Shown here in pieces: positions 11,672 to 25,748 of a stretch of DNA of 64,000 nucleotides. The position numbers and the translations under genes were made by a program. The stretch's first letter is position 1. Each line of letters starts with the position of its first letter. Source of the DNA: Centroscyllium fabricii (taxonomy: Eukaryota). Below the pieces are notes generated by a model. It was not told where the DNA came from and did not search any database. It was given only the letters and a program-made list of their open reading frames with translations. The stretch lies in contig JBNRSN020000001.1 of the NCBI GenBank assembly GCA_051313645.2, positions 588,256,001 through 588,320,000 of the forward strand, written 5' to 3'.

Positions 11672-14219
11672 AGGCCCTGTCACACCTAGACGATTTAGCC
11701 AGCGTATGCAAATTTGGCTAAAACGCTGGTTTACGTCGGATACGTTATGGGTACGTTATGCATACGTTAAGAGCACGTTGGCATACGCTGGACATACGTT
11801 GTATACGTCGTTGAATTTCGAGTAAGTCGAGATTTTTTGTGCATGCACAAAAAATCACGACGTATCAATGTTACGATTTATACGTTCCGCATACGCTGGC
11901 CATACGTTGTAGGCACGTTAGGCGATCGTTGACACACGTTACTTGTAAGTTAGTCATACGTCAAAATACGTCGAGATAATGACTAGCGTACCCGGAACTT
12001 ATGTCTAACCTATGAGTAACGTGCTTTGAACTTGTGTAACGTATCTCCAACGCATATTGACGTATGTAGACGTATTTGACGTCTTCCGGACGACCACAGA
12101 ACTTACTGAACGTGTTTCTAACTTACAGCTAACGTATAATGGCGTATTGGCAGCGTTTAGGGAATTTGGTATATAAAAATGGGGTTCACAGGAGGAACCA
12201 GTCAGTGTTCCAGACTCCATGGTGAGCAGATGTCCATGTCATCCAAGAGATGGAGGATCCGGCAAGACGAGAATTACTACTAGCTGTCCTCCAACATCAA
12301 CATGCACTCATCGATTTTACACTGTACCAGAGGCGTGCCAAAAGAGCCAAGAGAAGATTAGGTGAACGGAGGAGAAGGAACTGGGTGAGACCATGGATCG
12401 TGAGGCGACGGCAGTTTGGCATGTATGACCAGCTCATGGTGGAACTCCGTAACGAGGACCATGCATCCTTCACCAACTTCCTGCGTATGCCCCCAGTGAT
12501 GTTCGACGAGCTGCTAGCCAGAGTGGGTCCAAGGATAACCAAGCAGTACACCTTCTACAGGGATCCGCTTGAGCCTGGCATGAAGCTGGCACTGACTTTG
12601 CGTCACCTTGCCTCTGGAAACAAGTATGCCTCGATGAAGTTCGCATGGAGGGTCCCTCACAACACCCAGTCCCTAGTGGTCAGAGAAGTCTGTCAAGCCA
12701 TTATTGCCAAATACGTGGATGAGGTGATGGTTTGCCCAAGTACTCCTGATGGTTGGCGCGCCATAGCTGACAAGTTCTTCCAACGATGGAACTTTCCCCA
12801 TACATGTGGGGCACTTGACGGGAAGCACGTGGCCTGCCGCTGTCCTCCAAAGACTGGGTCACAATACTACAACTACAAAGGATTCTACTCCATTGTTCTG
12901 ATGGCGCTTGTGGATGCTGACTACAAATTCATTTGGGCAGATGTCGGCGGTACTGGATCTGCATCAGATGCGCAGATATACAATGACTCTGAGCTGAAGG
13001 AATGCGCTGAAGACGGTACCCTTGGTTTCACTGACCCTGAGCCTCTTCCCAACGACAACCAGGACGTGCCTTACTTCTTTATCGGTGACGATGCCTTCGC
13101 CTTACGACCAACCATGATGAAGCCATACAGCCTCCGTGGTCTGACGAATGAAGAACGCATCTTCAACTACAGGCTTAGCCGAGCAAGAAGGGTAGTAGAA
13201 AATGCATTCGGCATCCTGGCTAACAGATTCCAGGTTCTGCTAAGTACCATGCAGCATCACCCCTCCACTGTCAAGCTCATTGTCAAAGCATGCTTGATCC
13301 TGCACCTCATGAGGACCAGGTAATTCATGTTTACATAGCATATATTATACAGTATACAATGAAATTTAACTTTTAGCCTATGCTTATAAACATTATATGA
13401 TTTACCTTAAATTTTACATGTATCATTATATTACTTTTTAATGTACAGCGCATTAGAATATATGTTTTCATTATAGGTGCGCTTTATAAGTAAATAAAAT
13501 CAAATTCAAATTCCAGGTACCCAGGACTACAGAACCAGCAGCTTGACCAGGCAGAGAATGAGAACCGTGACCTTGTTCCAGGAGCATGGCGACAGGGACA
13601 TCAGTTGGAGGATACACAGACAGCTACTGGCCCCAACACTGCCTCCAAGGACGGAAGGAAACAGAGGAATCTCCTCAAGCACTGGGTTAACTCCCCAGCT
13701 GGCGCAGTTCCGTGGCAAGATAGGATGATTTAGATATTTGTATTACTGCATTGTTCAGGCAATAAAGAGACTTTCCTCCTGAAATGAACATCTTAAAGCC
13801 TTTTTTTCAATTATCCACTTTTCAATATACATGTACATTATTTAATTATACTTTTTTCAAAGTGTTTGAATTTATTATTGTTAATTATTGTTTATGATTT
13901 AAATTATTAAACAATAACATCAACAAACATCAAGAGTTTGCTCAACTTGATCGTCGGCGAAACGCTGCCGCGCGCTATGCATAAGTTAGACTATCGTTGG
14001 GCATAAGTTGTGAACGCCGACAACACGCTAAGCATTCGTTGGTATAAGTTATCTGTAACTTATCGAAACGTTCTCTGTACGTTACTAATACGTTATGCAT
14101 ACGTCCAATACGTTATGAATACGCTATTACACGCCCAAAACTGAAAAAAAAGGTCGAAAGTTCAGCGTTTTAGCCAAATTTGCATACGCTAGCTAAAACG
14201 TCAAGGTGTGACAGGGCCT
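11672..14219 (+). mobile_element. PIF/Harbinger DNA transposon (transposase only; no Myb/MADF ORF seen)
   Basis: TIR of about 55 bp (aggccctgtcacacct...gctaaaacgctg) and 3-bp TSD TAA at 11669-11671 and 14220-14222. Confidence 0.95.
12250..13733 (+). CDS. Harbinger (HARBI1-like, DDE_Tnp_4) transposase; two exons 12250-13319 and 13517-13733, about 428 aa
   Basis: Motifs LALTLRHLASG, GALDGKH, YYNYKGFYSIVL, GDDAF, FNYRLSRARRVVENAFG. Splicing the GT-AG intron 13320-13516 restores the typical C-terminus ...RNLLKHWVNSPAGAVPWQDRMI*. AATAAA follows at 13761. Confidence 0.9.
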
Positions 14220-15690
14220 TAATGAATTGGCCTCTACTGCCTTCTGTGGTAGAGAATTCCACAGGTTCACCACTCTCTGGATGAAGAAATTCCTCATCTC
14301 TGTCCTAAATGGCTTACCCCTTATCTTTAGACTGTGACCCCTGTTTCTGCACTCCCCCGCCATCGGGAACATCCTTCCTGCATCTAGTCTGTCTAGTCCT
14401 GTTAGAATTTTATAAGTTTCAATAAGATCCCCTCTCATTCTTCTAAATTCTAGTGAATATCAGCCTAATCGACCCAATCTCTCTTCATACATCATTCCTG
14501 CCATCCCAGGTATCAGTCTGGTGAATCTTCACTGCACTCCCTCCATGACAAGAACATCCTTCCTCAGATAAGTTGACTAAAACTGCTCACAATACTCAAG
14601 GTGTGGTCTTACCAAGGCCCTGTACAACTGCAGCAAGACATCCTTGCTCCTGTACTCGAATCCTCTCGCTATGAAGGCCAACATACCATTTGCCTTCTTA
14701 ACTGCCTGCTGAACCTGTATGCTTACCTTCAGCGACTGATGCACAAGGACATCCAGGTCTCGTTGCACTTCCCCTTTTCCCAATCTATTAACGTTCAGAT
14801 AATAATCTGCCTTCCTGTTTCTGCCACCGAAGTGGATAACCTCACATTTATCCATATTTTACAGCACACATGCTCACCCAGCTTTGTGTCGTCTGCAAAC
14901 TTGGAGATATTACATCTAGTTCCTTCGTCCAGATCATTAATATATAGTGAATAGCTGGGGTCCTAGCACCGATTCCTGCGGTACCCCACTAGTCACTGCC
15001 TGCCAATCGGAAAAAGATCTGTTTATTCCAACTCTTTGCTTCCTGTCTGCCAACCAGTTCTCTGTCCAAGTCAGCACTTTACCCCTAATCCCATGTGCTT
15101 TAACTTTGCACACTAAACTCTTATGCGGGACCTTATCAAAAGCCTTCTGAAAGTCCAAATACACCACATCCACTGGTTCTCCCATATCTATTCTACCAGT
15201 CACATCCTCAAAAAATTCCAGTAGATTAGTCAAGCATGATTTACCTTTTGTAAATCTATGTTGACTTTGTCCGATCCTGTCGCTGTTTTCCAAGTGCTCT
15301 GCTATTACATCTTTTATACTGGACTCTGGCATTTTCCCCACTACCGATGTCAGGCTTACCGGTCTATAATTCCCCATTTTCTCTCTACCACCTTTTTGTT
15401 TGAATAGTGGGGTAACATTAGCTACCCTCCAATCCATGGGAAATGTTCCAGAATCTATAACATTTTGGAAGATGACCAGCAATGCATCTACTATTTCTAG
15501 GGCCACCTCCTTAAGTACCCTAGGATGTAGACCATCAGGTCCTGGGCCTTCAATCCAGTCAATTTCCCGAACACCATTTCCCTACAAATACGGATTTCAT
15601 TCCGTTCCTCCCTCTCATTAGACCCTTTATTCCCCGACATCTCTGAGGTTATTTGTGTCCTCCTTTGTGAAGACAGAACTAAAGTATGTA

Positions 15691-16953
<1,263 letters not shown>

Positions 16954-17477
16954 TATTTAATTGGTCTGCCATTTCTTTGTTCCCCATTATAAATTCCCCT
17001 GATTATGACTGTAAGGGACCTACGCTTGACTTCACCAATCTTTGCCTCTTCACGTATCTATAAAAGCTTTTACAGTCATTTTCTTTGTTCCGTGCAAGCT
17101 TACTCTCAGATCCTGGGCTTTATAAATAGAGGCAGAGTAAAACTTTGTTTATATTGGAACAAATGCAATGAAATAATTACAATTCTTGCAAATTAAATTA
17201 CTCTTATTTTTTGAACGAAACAAAACCGTAGACTGACCCGAAATCTTTTTGACAATTTTTATTAACCGTCACATTCTCAATGCAAGCACTTTATCTGGAC
17301 TATTTGATTAGCCTTGTACGATAATCAGACCGGTCAAATCTAGCTCTTTATGGTTCAATAACACAAGCTGTTTTTCTTTTTAAAATACACAGCTTTGAGC
17401 TTGCAATCTGTTTGACTCCATGATCACAGATCTCAATTCTACAACACCTCAAGTGTTGACAAACTGAACTCCAAGTT

Positions 17478-17876
17478 GAAACATAGAAGATAGGAGCAGG
17501 AGTAGGCCATTCGGCCCTTTGAGCCTGCTCCGCCATTCAATGAGATCATGGCTGATCATCCAAACCCAGTATCCTGTCCCTGCCTTGTCCCCATATCCCT
17601 CGATCCCTATCGAGCCTACACCGACACATATCCCACCCTATCCCCATAACCCCACATATTCAATCCCCCTAACACTAAGGGTCAATTTATCCTGGCCAAT
17701 CAACCTAACCCGCACATCTTTGGACTGTGGGAGGAAACCGGAGCACCCGGAGGAAACCCACGCAGACACGGGGAGAATGTGCAAACTCCACGCAGATAGT
17801 ACCCGAGGCTGGATTTGAACCCGGGTCTCTAGTGCTGTGAGGCAACGGTGCTAACCACTGTGCCACCGTGCCGCCC
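17478..17876 (-). mobile_element. V-SINE (HE1-type)
   Basis: Reverse complement of the 3775-4180 family. Confidence 0.9.
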
Positions 17877-19189
17877 ATGGTGAAGGGACTCATTGAAAAA
17901 CAATTCAGACCAATTGAGTCCAATGTTTCAGTCAAAGGTACATCAAATTTGGCTAAAGTTTTGATTCCTCCCCAATTACTACTATACCAAGACCCATTTG
18001 CTTTCCAATATTTTTGCTACTTTACTTGTAGAACAATAGTATGGTTGTTGAGGATGAAAGAGTGGTGCTACCCGGAAAAAAATGGTAGTAAGCTGATTTT
18101 TGTACCAGATGATTAGTATATATCATAGAACAACATATCCAAAATCCGCAAAATCCGCTCTGGGGAAAATTTTTATTGAGCGTTGGAATATTTTGCATAT
18201 TTTTGTATCGAAAATGTCAGAAAGGTAAAGATTTTATTTGACTTTGGGGGTTAATTCACCTTCATTAAAGAAAATACAAAGACTTAGTAGTTAAAAATTA
18301 TTTTAAAAAATGGCGGGGGCGATGACTGGAACCAAAATACAATTCATAAAAGCCCAAAAAATGCATTTTACGCATGAAATACCATAACTACAACAGATCT
18401 AAAACCACCATATCTTCTCGACCCATAGTAAATTATAGAAGAATTAGAAGAATTTATAGTGATTTAGATAAGTACAAAATTAAATTATTTGACCCCTATA
18501 ACCTATTCAATGACACTAAAAATCTCATCTTGGATAATATTTTTTCCCCAAAGAACATTTTAGCGGATTTTGGATATGTTGTTTTATGGCACATTCTGCT
18601 CATCTGGTGCAAAAATCAGCTTACTACCATTTTTTTCCCGGTCAAAATGCGCAACGACCATACTACAACAGCTAAAGTTAAAATCTTCAATCAAATCATG
18701 GCAGAAAAGCTTATTGCAAATATTTTGGCTCGAGCTTAATTGCTTGATTTGTTGTTATGCTTGATAGAGCACATACAGAGGAGTGGGGTTTGGTTTGGTT
18801 GTTGACTCAGTGGGCCTTCTGTGAGTGATCAAGCACTTCATACAAGGGATAAGCATAGAGATGTTTTGAACACCTGCTCTTGATTGTTCACCACTATGCC
18901 CAAAGTCAGTCCTCCGACCACAACCAGGCTTTTCCTGTATATTATGCTTTACTACGCCCATTTTCTTCATGTATGTTCCCCATTACAGGCACGAGTAAAA
19001 TCACACCAAACATTGGAATAGTGAAGCCATTAAATTTGATCAACATGTATTGTGGCAATTAGGGTCCATACTGAAGCTTCACTTTCCTCTCTTGGGTGGG
19101 ACTTCAGCATGGTTCTTAGTTGTTACCTGTAGTAATCTACTTCAATTATTTGAGCAGGTCACCGGCACAGTGTATATGGGAGTGTCTCT

Positions 19190-19610
19190 GGCTGTTGTCG
19201 ACATGAACTTCCAGTCGGCATTTGATAAGGTTCTGCACAAGAGATTGAAAGTGCATAGAATTGGAGGTAACCTTGGAACATAGGTTGCATAAACAACTTG
19301 GATGAAAGAATAGCTATTTGTATATCCAAGTTTGCAGATGACATTAAGTTAGGAGGCACATTCATGTGTGTGGATGGGAGCAGGAAGTTACAAAGGGTCA
19401 TCGTGAGTGGGCAAAACTATGGCAGATGGTGTTCAATGTGGGGAAATGAGGTCATCCACTTACGTCTGAGAAAGACAATTCACAACATTTTCTTCACGGG
19501 GAGAGACTAGGAGCTGTGGAGGAGTAAAGGGATTTAGGGGTCCATGTACACAAATCACTAAAACCTAGTGCTAAGGTACAAAAAGTAATCAAAAAGGCGA
19601 ATGGAATGCT
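19190..19610 (+). mobile_element. Decayed CR1 RT fragment
   Basis: NFQSAFDKVLHKRL and ISKFADDIKLGG motifs. Confidence 0.75.
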
Positions 19611-20159
19611 GGGATAACAGAAAATGCTGGAAACACTCAGCAGGTCAGGCAGCAACTACGTAAACAATAGCTCAGGAATATAGTCAAGTTATTAAGGAAA
19701 AACTTTATCAAACTATGAGAATTTCCACCCCCCCAGCCCCCTCCCCCCACAGACACTTGGAAGAGAATTTCTCCCTCTGGCTTCTCAAACTGCCATTTCC
19801 TTCTGCATTCTACTTACGAATGAGGCAGCTTTGTCAACGTAACACTACCCCACTAGCCTGTAGCCAGCACACAAGTAAATATTATTGGGCATGTGATTGA
19901 GTGGGTCAGTCTTGCACAACAGTCTGCTTCATAGCCCTCTGGTACATAGGAAGCATCTTGGTCTGTACTGATATTTGAATTTTAAAAAAATCACTCATTC
20001 GTCCCAGTCAAAGTATGAAGAGCAATCTGCTCAAGTATCTACTAATGCTACTCTGAAGTGTGCAAAACTGACAACCCTTGCTCCAATTCTCCCTCCCATA
20101 TGGACAAATCAGATGCTCAGTAGCACAGAACTGAACCAGCTTCTGACAACGATTCTAAA

Positions 20160-20500
20160 AAAGAACTTGCATTACATCACGCCTGTCACGACCTCAGAAT
20201 GACCTAAAGTGCTTTATAGTCAATGAAGTACTTTTGAAGTGCAGTCACTGTTGCAATGTAGGAAATGCGGTAGCCACACAGCAAGGCACCTCAAACAGTA
20301 ATGAGATAATGACAGATAATCTGTTTTAGTGATGTGGTTAAGGGATCAATATTGGCCACTTTGAATAGTGCCACGGAATCTTTTACGTCCACCTGAGAGG
20401 GTAGACTCCCTGTTTAAAGTCTCATCCAAAAGACAAGACCTCCACGAAAGAGGCGAGATTACTACCACTGAACCACAGCTGACAGACACTTTGCAGTGGT
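20160..20500 (-). mobile_element. Decayed DeuSINE-like SINE
   Basis: Reverse-complement similarity to 26490-26895 (gatcttttac.tccac core; aatgaagtactttt..agt.cagtcactgttg tail). Confidence 0.5.
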
Positions 20501-21540
20501 GCATATGTTGGCAGTTCAATGTGCTCTGCTACCATGTTGCCTTGTGCAGGCTTCTTAAAAACTGCTTCAAATGCCTGTGTATAAAATAGACTGATAATAT
20601 TTGTAAAGGACTTTCATCTCTGATTGAGGTTTCTGCAGCTTCAATTTTAAGCCCCATTTCTGAGATTTCGAGGAGGGTGCTCAGTTATAGAATAGCAGAG
20701 TTTCTCTGCTGCATATCTCCCCACCTGCTTTATGATTATACAGAGTCTGGCAGCAGGTAATTGGGTGATTCTGCCGCTGTTCCGTATCAGACAAGCGCTC
20801 TGCAGAATTAGTGGCACTTTCACTTACTGCAAACTTCATTAAAATTAAAAAAGTTACACAGCTCTGCATCAACTTCAGTTAATTTAAATAAGTTGCAATT
20901 TAAGGCATTTATTTAATTTGAAAATTTCAAAAATTGCAACAGTCCTGGTGATGATAGCTTTTAACTTTTTATAAATTGCATGTGTGGATTCTGAATTATA
21001 TAGAAATGTGAGAAAAATCAACATCACAATGCACAGAATAATATTGCAATTACAAACTTAAGCACAAGTTTGTAACAATCCAAAAATTGTACACACAAGA
21101 AAGCTAGCTCACACTGATCAACTGACATGGGAATACAAGCTTGACCTGTCGACACCCATCATAAACTATAGCCTTCTGATCCAATCCCATGAAAAGGTGC
21201 AATGAAGAGGAGGAACAGGAAACCGTTGCAATAAACACAGAATATTAATTTTTAAAACACTGACTGTGTCCAAGAGGAAAAGATAAGTCCAAACCATCAT
21301 GCTCTCATGAATTGTCCCAGGTATGAGGGGATAGTTGGAACAGAATAAATGGTTTAGATCCAGAGTGCAAATACCAAAAGCCTCAGCTAGTCCTAAAAAC
21401 AGAAACAATCATGATCTGTGGATGGTAAAGCTTTACCCAGGTACCATAGTTTCTGACTTGGTACAACTGCTCAACAGAAAAGCTTAATGCTGAACACATT
21501 CCAATACACTGGGGTAAGCGAGGCAGTTTAGAGATATAAA

Positions 21541-22106
21541 GGGCGGCACGGTGACATAGTGGTTAGCACTGTTGCCTCACAGCGCCAGGGGCACGGGTTC
21601 AAATCCGGCCTCGGGTGACTATCTGTGTGGAGCTTGCACATTCTCCCAGTGTCTACGTGGGTTTCCTCCGGATGCTCCGGTTTCCTCCCACAGTCCAAAG
21701 ATGTGCGGGTTAGGTTGATTGGCCATGATAAACTGACCCTTGGTGTTAGGGGCATTAAATATGTGGGGTTACGGGGATAGGGTGGGATGTGTGTCGGTGC
21801 AGGCTCGATGGGCCAGAATGGCCTCTATCTGCACTGTAGGATGTGATGAAACCGGTTTGTATTGATCCTGTGCTGTTTAGTTTCACTTTCTATTCCCGAC
21901 TAAACTGAGGGGTTCCGGGAAGTAGTTCTGGGCAACGCCCACTCTGTCCTGTATACAAGGACTAACCCGAGTACCTGATTCCATTCTTTGTGAGACATTC
22001 TACCGGTTGTAATACTACTGTAATTCCAAGTTATTAAAAGCCTTTCCTTTTAAACCTACAAATCGAGTTGTATAGTAATTGAAGGCACTTCATAGGGATT
22101 CTATGA
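21541..22106 (+). mobile_element. V-SINE (HE1-type) with a solo LTR inserted in its tail
   Basis: Same head and V core as the other copies. The tail ...ctgcactgtagg|gattctatga is split by 21842-22092. Confidence 0.85.
21842..22092 (+). mobile_element. Solo LTR of the Gypsy lineage (copy E)
   Basis: tgtgatgaaac...ttgaaggcacttca termini resemble LTRs A and C. Carries the lineage motif agttattaaaagcct. TSD tagga/taggg (1 mismatch). Confidence 0.75.
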
Positions 22107-22689
22107 TATATTAGAAAAACATTGTCTGAATACATGGCTATTTTCCCATCTTCATCTGCCATGAGACTCCCTCATACTTCCAGAGCAGTACAAATGCTGT
22201 AATAGAGCAGTCCAACAGCCAAAGCAAAAAGGAGCTATAAATAATATTCCTGTCAATTACATTTAGAAAATCCAAATATAGACTACGCAATCTCATTAGC
22301 ATCAACTGCTGAGTGGGGCAAGAGTACAAGGAGATCCATTTGGTAAATATTTCACCAAATCTCATGGCTTTTAGCACACTTGCAACAAAGGCCACTTCAT
22401 GCCATCAAAGACCTCATAACATCATCGCCTTAGATCAACCCGAATTTGTCTGATGCAGTCATGAAACATCTGATGTTGCGAAGCTGCCAGGACCATCAAA
22501 ATAATGCTTTGCACAAATAAAACCTACACGATTAAGGAGAATTAATTTGGAAGCCAGATCATTCAAATCAGTTGCATGATTTTGATTCAAAAAGAGAAAT
22601 AGACCAGTAGAATCCACTTCACCAGGGTCCTTGCTCATTTTCAGTGAGCAGTCAAGGTATTTTGCTGCGAACGATGGTCAGTTTGAGGT

Positions 22690-23580
22690 TAGGCCTCACC
22701 CAGCCTTCAGGAGAACAGCAACCACGACACCACACAACCCTGCCACAGCAACCTCTGCAAGACGTGCCAAATCATCAGCACAGATACCATCATCACACGT
22801 GAGGACACCACACACCAGGTACATACTCATGTGACTCAACCAACATTGTCTACCTCATACGTTGCAGGAAAGGATGCCCCGGGGCATGGTACATCGGTGA
22901 GACCATGCAGACATACGACAACGGATGAACGGACACCGCACAACAATTGCCAGGCAGGAGTGTTCCCTCCCAGTCGGGGAACACTTCAGCAGTCAAGGAC
23001 ATTCAGCCTCCGATCTTCGGGTAAGCATTCTCCAAGGCGGCCTTCGAGACACACGACAACGCAAAATCGTCGAGCAGAGGCTGATAGCCAAATTCCGCAA
23101 CCATGAGGACGGCCTCAACCGTGATATTAGCTTCATGTCGCGCTACATGTGACCCAGCCTGACGTAGCGTCATCCAGACTCGAGTTGTCTTTGTCCTTTT
23201 TGGTTCCGGCAATTTCCAGTAAAGAAAATCCCTTTTTTTTTTAAATCATTATGTGTTTTCACACAGACACGACTGCAACATTTGACCCTTTGTGACTATA
23301 CCTCATTGATCTCAGACTGGTGCCTGATTAATATGTTAAAATATGTTAAAACACCTTTGTCTGCTCTGTGTGTCTCTCTGCTGAAGTGTGCTGATGTTGG
23401 AGAGATTAGACTGCTCTCTCCCTTGTATATATGCGGTCTTTAAATGAACTTCTCTTTCACCTGAGGAAGGAGCAGCGCTCCGAAAGCATGTGATTTCAAA
23501 TAAAACTGTTGGACTATAACCTGGTGTTGTGTGACTTCTTGCATTTGTCCACCCCAGTCCAACACCAGCACCTCCACATC
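22690..23580 (+). mobile_element. Penelope-like element 3' part (GIY-YIG endonuclease plus pseudo-LTR)
   Basis: YIGETMQT...RMNGHR...PVGEHFS...EQRLIAKFRNHEDGLNRD, followed by a terminal repeat with a hammerhead-like core and AATAAA. Confidence 0.9.
23455..23500 (+). ncRNA. Minimal hammerhead-ribozyme-like motif in the Penelope pseudo-LTR
   Basis: CTGAGGA (23461-23467), stem II ggagc-agc-gctcc, GAAA (23482-23485). Confidence 0.6.
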
Positions 23581-23934
23581 AAAGAAACAAGCATTTGTAT
23601 GCCAACTTAGTCCCTCAATAATAGAGGTCAGAAGGCAATCCAATTCCCTCTGGTAATCATGAGGCCAAAAAAGACCTTGGGTATCCAATTGGCTTTGTTG
23701 GCTGACTAACAATCTGCTCCTTGAAATGAACCTCAAAAACCTATGCTCCATTGGAGATATAGATGACTTCTTCACAGGTTTACTCAAGTTTAAGTTTCGT
23801 GCTTCAAATATTTATTCATTTTAACAAATTTATATTTCCCAAGTTTGAGGAAAAAAGTCTGAAACGGCCATACAAAGTGCATCATCTTCAGTCATTTTGA
23901 AGCTGCTGTTTCACGTCACATTACTTGTTGTCAT

Positions 23935-24540
23935 ATCTCATCTCCACCCTGCCTCAGCTCATCTGCTGCTGAAACCCTCATCCATGCCTGTTACCTCGGG
24001 ATTCAACAATTCCAATGATCTCCTGGCCAGCCTCCAACCTTGCACCCTCCATTAACTTGAGTTCATCCAAAATTCTGCTGCCCATATCCTAACTCACACC
24101 AAATACAGTTCACCCATCACCATTGTGCTCGCTGACCTACATTGGCTCCCAATTTGGCAATTGCTCAATTTAAAAATTCTCATCCTTGTTTTGAAATTCC
24201 TCCATGGCCTCGACCCACCCTATCTCTGTAACCTTCTCCAGCCCTACAACCCTCGGAGATCTCTGCTCCTCCAAATCTGGCTTCTTGCACCCCCCCCGAT
24301 TCTCATCACTCCATCGGCGGCTGTGTCTTCAGCTACCTAGGCCCCAAGCTCTGGAATTCCCTCCCCAAGCTTCTCCCTCCTCCTTTAAGATGCTCATTAA
24401 AACCTTAGACCAAGTTTTGTGTCATCTGTCTTAATATCTCATGTGGCTCAGTGTCAAATTTTGTTTGATAATGTTCCTATAAAGGTCTTTGCAATGTTTT
24501 AATACGTTAAAGGCACTATATAAATGTAAGTTATTCTTGT
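23935..24540 (+). mobile_element. L2 LINE 3' fragment
   Basis: LADLHWLPI...KILILVLKFLHGLDPPYLCNLL, with an L2-type end ttaaaggcactatataaatgtaagtt. Confidence 0.85.
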
Positions 24541-24954
24541 TTGGATAGTGAGCACAACTCTAGATTTACCTCAGACAAAATAGCCTTGCTCCTAAAGTTA
24601 ATAGCTTTGGAACTACGAGCTTATTTTTTAGTGGAACTGCAGATATGCCATCCAAAAGTCACAAACCATTCTTGACGCCTACCATAAGTCAGGGTAGAAT
24701 TTATTTCCTTTTCAAACCTAAAAGAAACACTCTAATTTCAATAAAAGACAGATTACTTACTTGGTAGGGGATCCTATATATGTAAATTGTTGAAAAATGA
24801 ATATCACTGAACATACAAAACTGAATGGTATGCATCCTTCACATGGTGTAGGAGCACAGGCCAGCTGGTTAGGTTCTGGGGAAATTGCGCCCTGATATTG
24901 TGGTTGAATGCACTATACATGGTCTCCTACTCCTGTACAGTACAAAGCCCCAGG

Positions 24955-25653
24955 ACTTGATTTGAGGCCTGTGATGAAGGAATCGCGGACCAATTCGTCA
25001 GAGTACACGTTGGCCGTCACGTCCTTGCAGTTACAGTCCCGGACCTTTAGGACCTGTAGAAAGTCGTCCGTTGATTCCTCTGGTCGCTACTTGCGTGTAG
25101 CCAGCAGATGTCTGGCGTACACTTAGTTTACCGGCCTCTGGTATTGGGCCTTCAGGCTAGCGATGGCCTCCTCGTAAGAGGCGCCGTCCCGGATGAACAA
25201 ATAAGTCCAATGATTTATGCGAGTAGTCAGTAGACCCAGTTTCTCTGCCTCACTAGCGGATGTGGCCTCCGTGAAGAGTTCGAAGCATCTGAGCCAGTGT
25301 CCAAATTGATTTGATGCTTCAGCAGAATGTGGATCCAAGTTCAGATGCTCTGGTTTTAGGAGTCGATCCATCCTAGTATTTTAGTGATTAAAATTGATGT
25401 GCCTTCAATAACTACAAAACTAGAAGTTATAGACTTAAACAGATAGGCTTTTAATCACTAAGAATTAGAGCTCACAGGAATGAGTCATACAGAAACTGGG
25501 TTCTTTATGTAAGCGGAGCCAGGGCGGAGCCAAAGCCAATTCCTGGAATCTCCCAGGTTTAGTCAGGAAATAGGAAGTGAAACTATACACAGTGGGGGAG
25601 GACAATATACACGAGTGCAAAACGAATATATACAGACAACAGATTTCATTACA
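24955..25653 (-). mobile_element. Truncated Gypsy element (copy C): 5' LTR 25395-25653 plus gag N-terminus
   Basis: Gag MDRLLKPEHLNLDPHS...HWLRCFE...RPVN*VYARHLLATRK is homologous to the gags at 43628 and 54340. LTR reads tgtaatgaaat...ggcacatca. Confidence 0.85.
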
Positions 25654-25748
25654 AGCTCTATCTCTTGGCACACCCAAATCCTGATATCGTACTCACTCAC
25701 CTCCAGGTAGACTTTCAACTCCTCAAAGTCAGGCTTGATTCAGTAATA

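Larger units (their letters stand above)
22138..23860 (-). mobile_element. Decayed L1/Tx1 ORF2 fragment, interrupted by a Penelope element
   Basis: AFVASVLKAMRFGEIFTKWISLY resembles the L1 RT segment VL.KFGFG..FI.WI.LLY. More decayed upstream ORF2 sequence lies at 23581-23860. Confidence 0.6.

Noticed and set aside
18117-18739. AT-rich, CpG-containing segment with a 121-aa ORF, ending at TTAA; possible DNA transposon end
   Set aside because: No matching second terminus or TSD was found, and the ORF has no recognisable motif.
25691-25740. Minus-strand GAG|gtgagt donor preceded by PDFEELKVYLE
   Set aside because: No polypyrimidine acceptor, an in-frame stop just upstream, and it is wedged between TEs.
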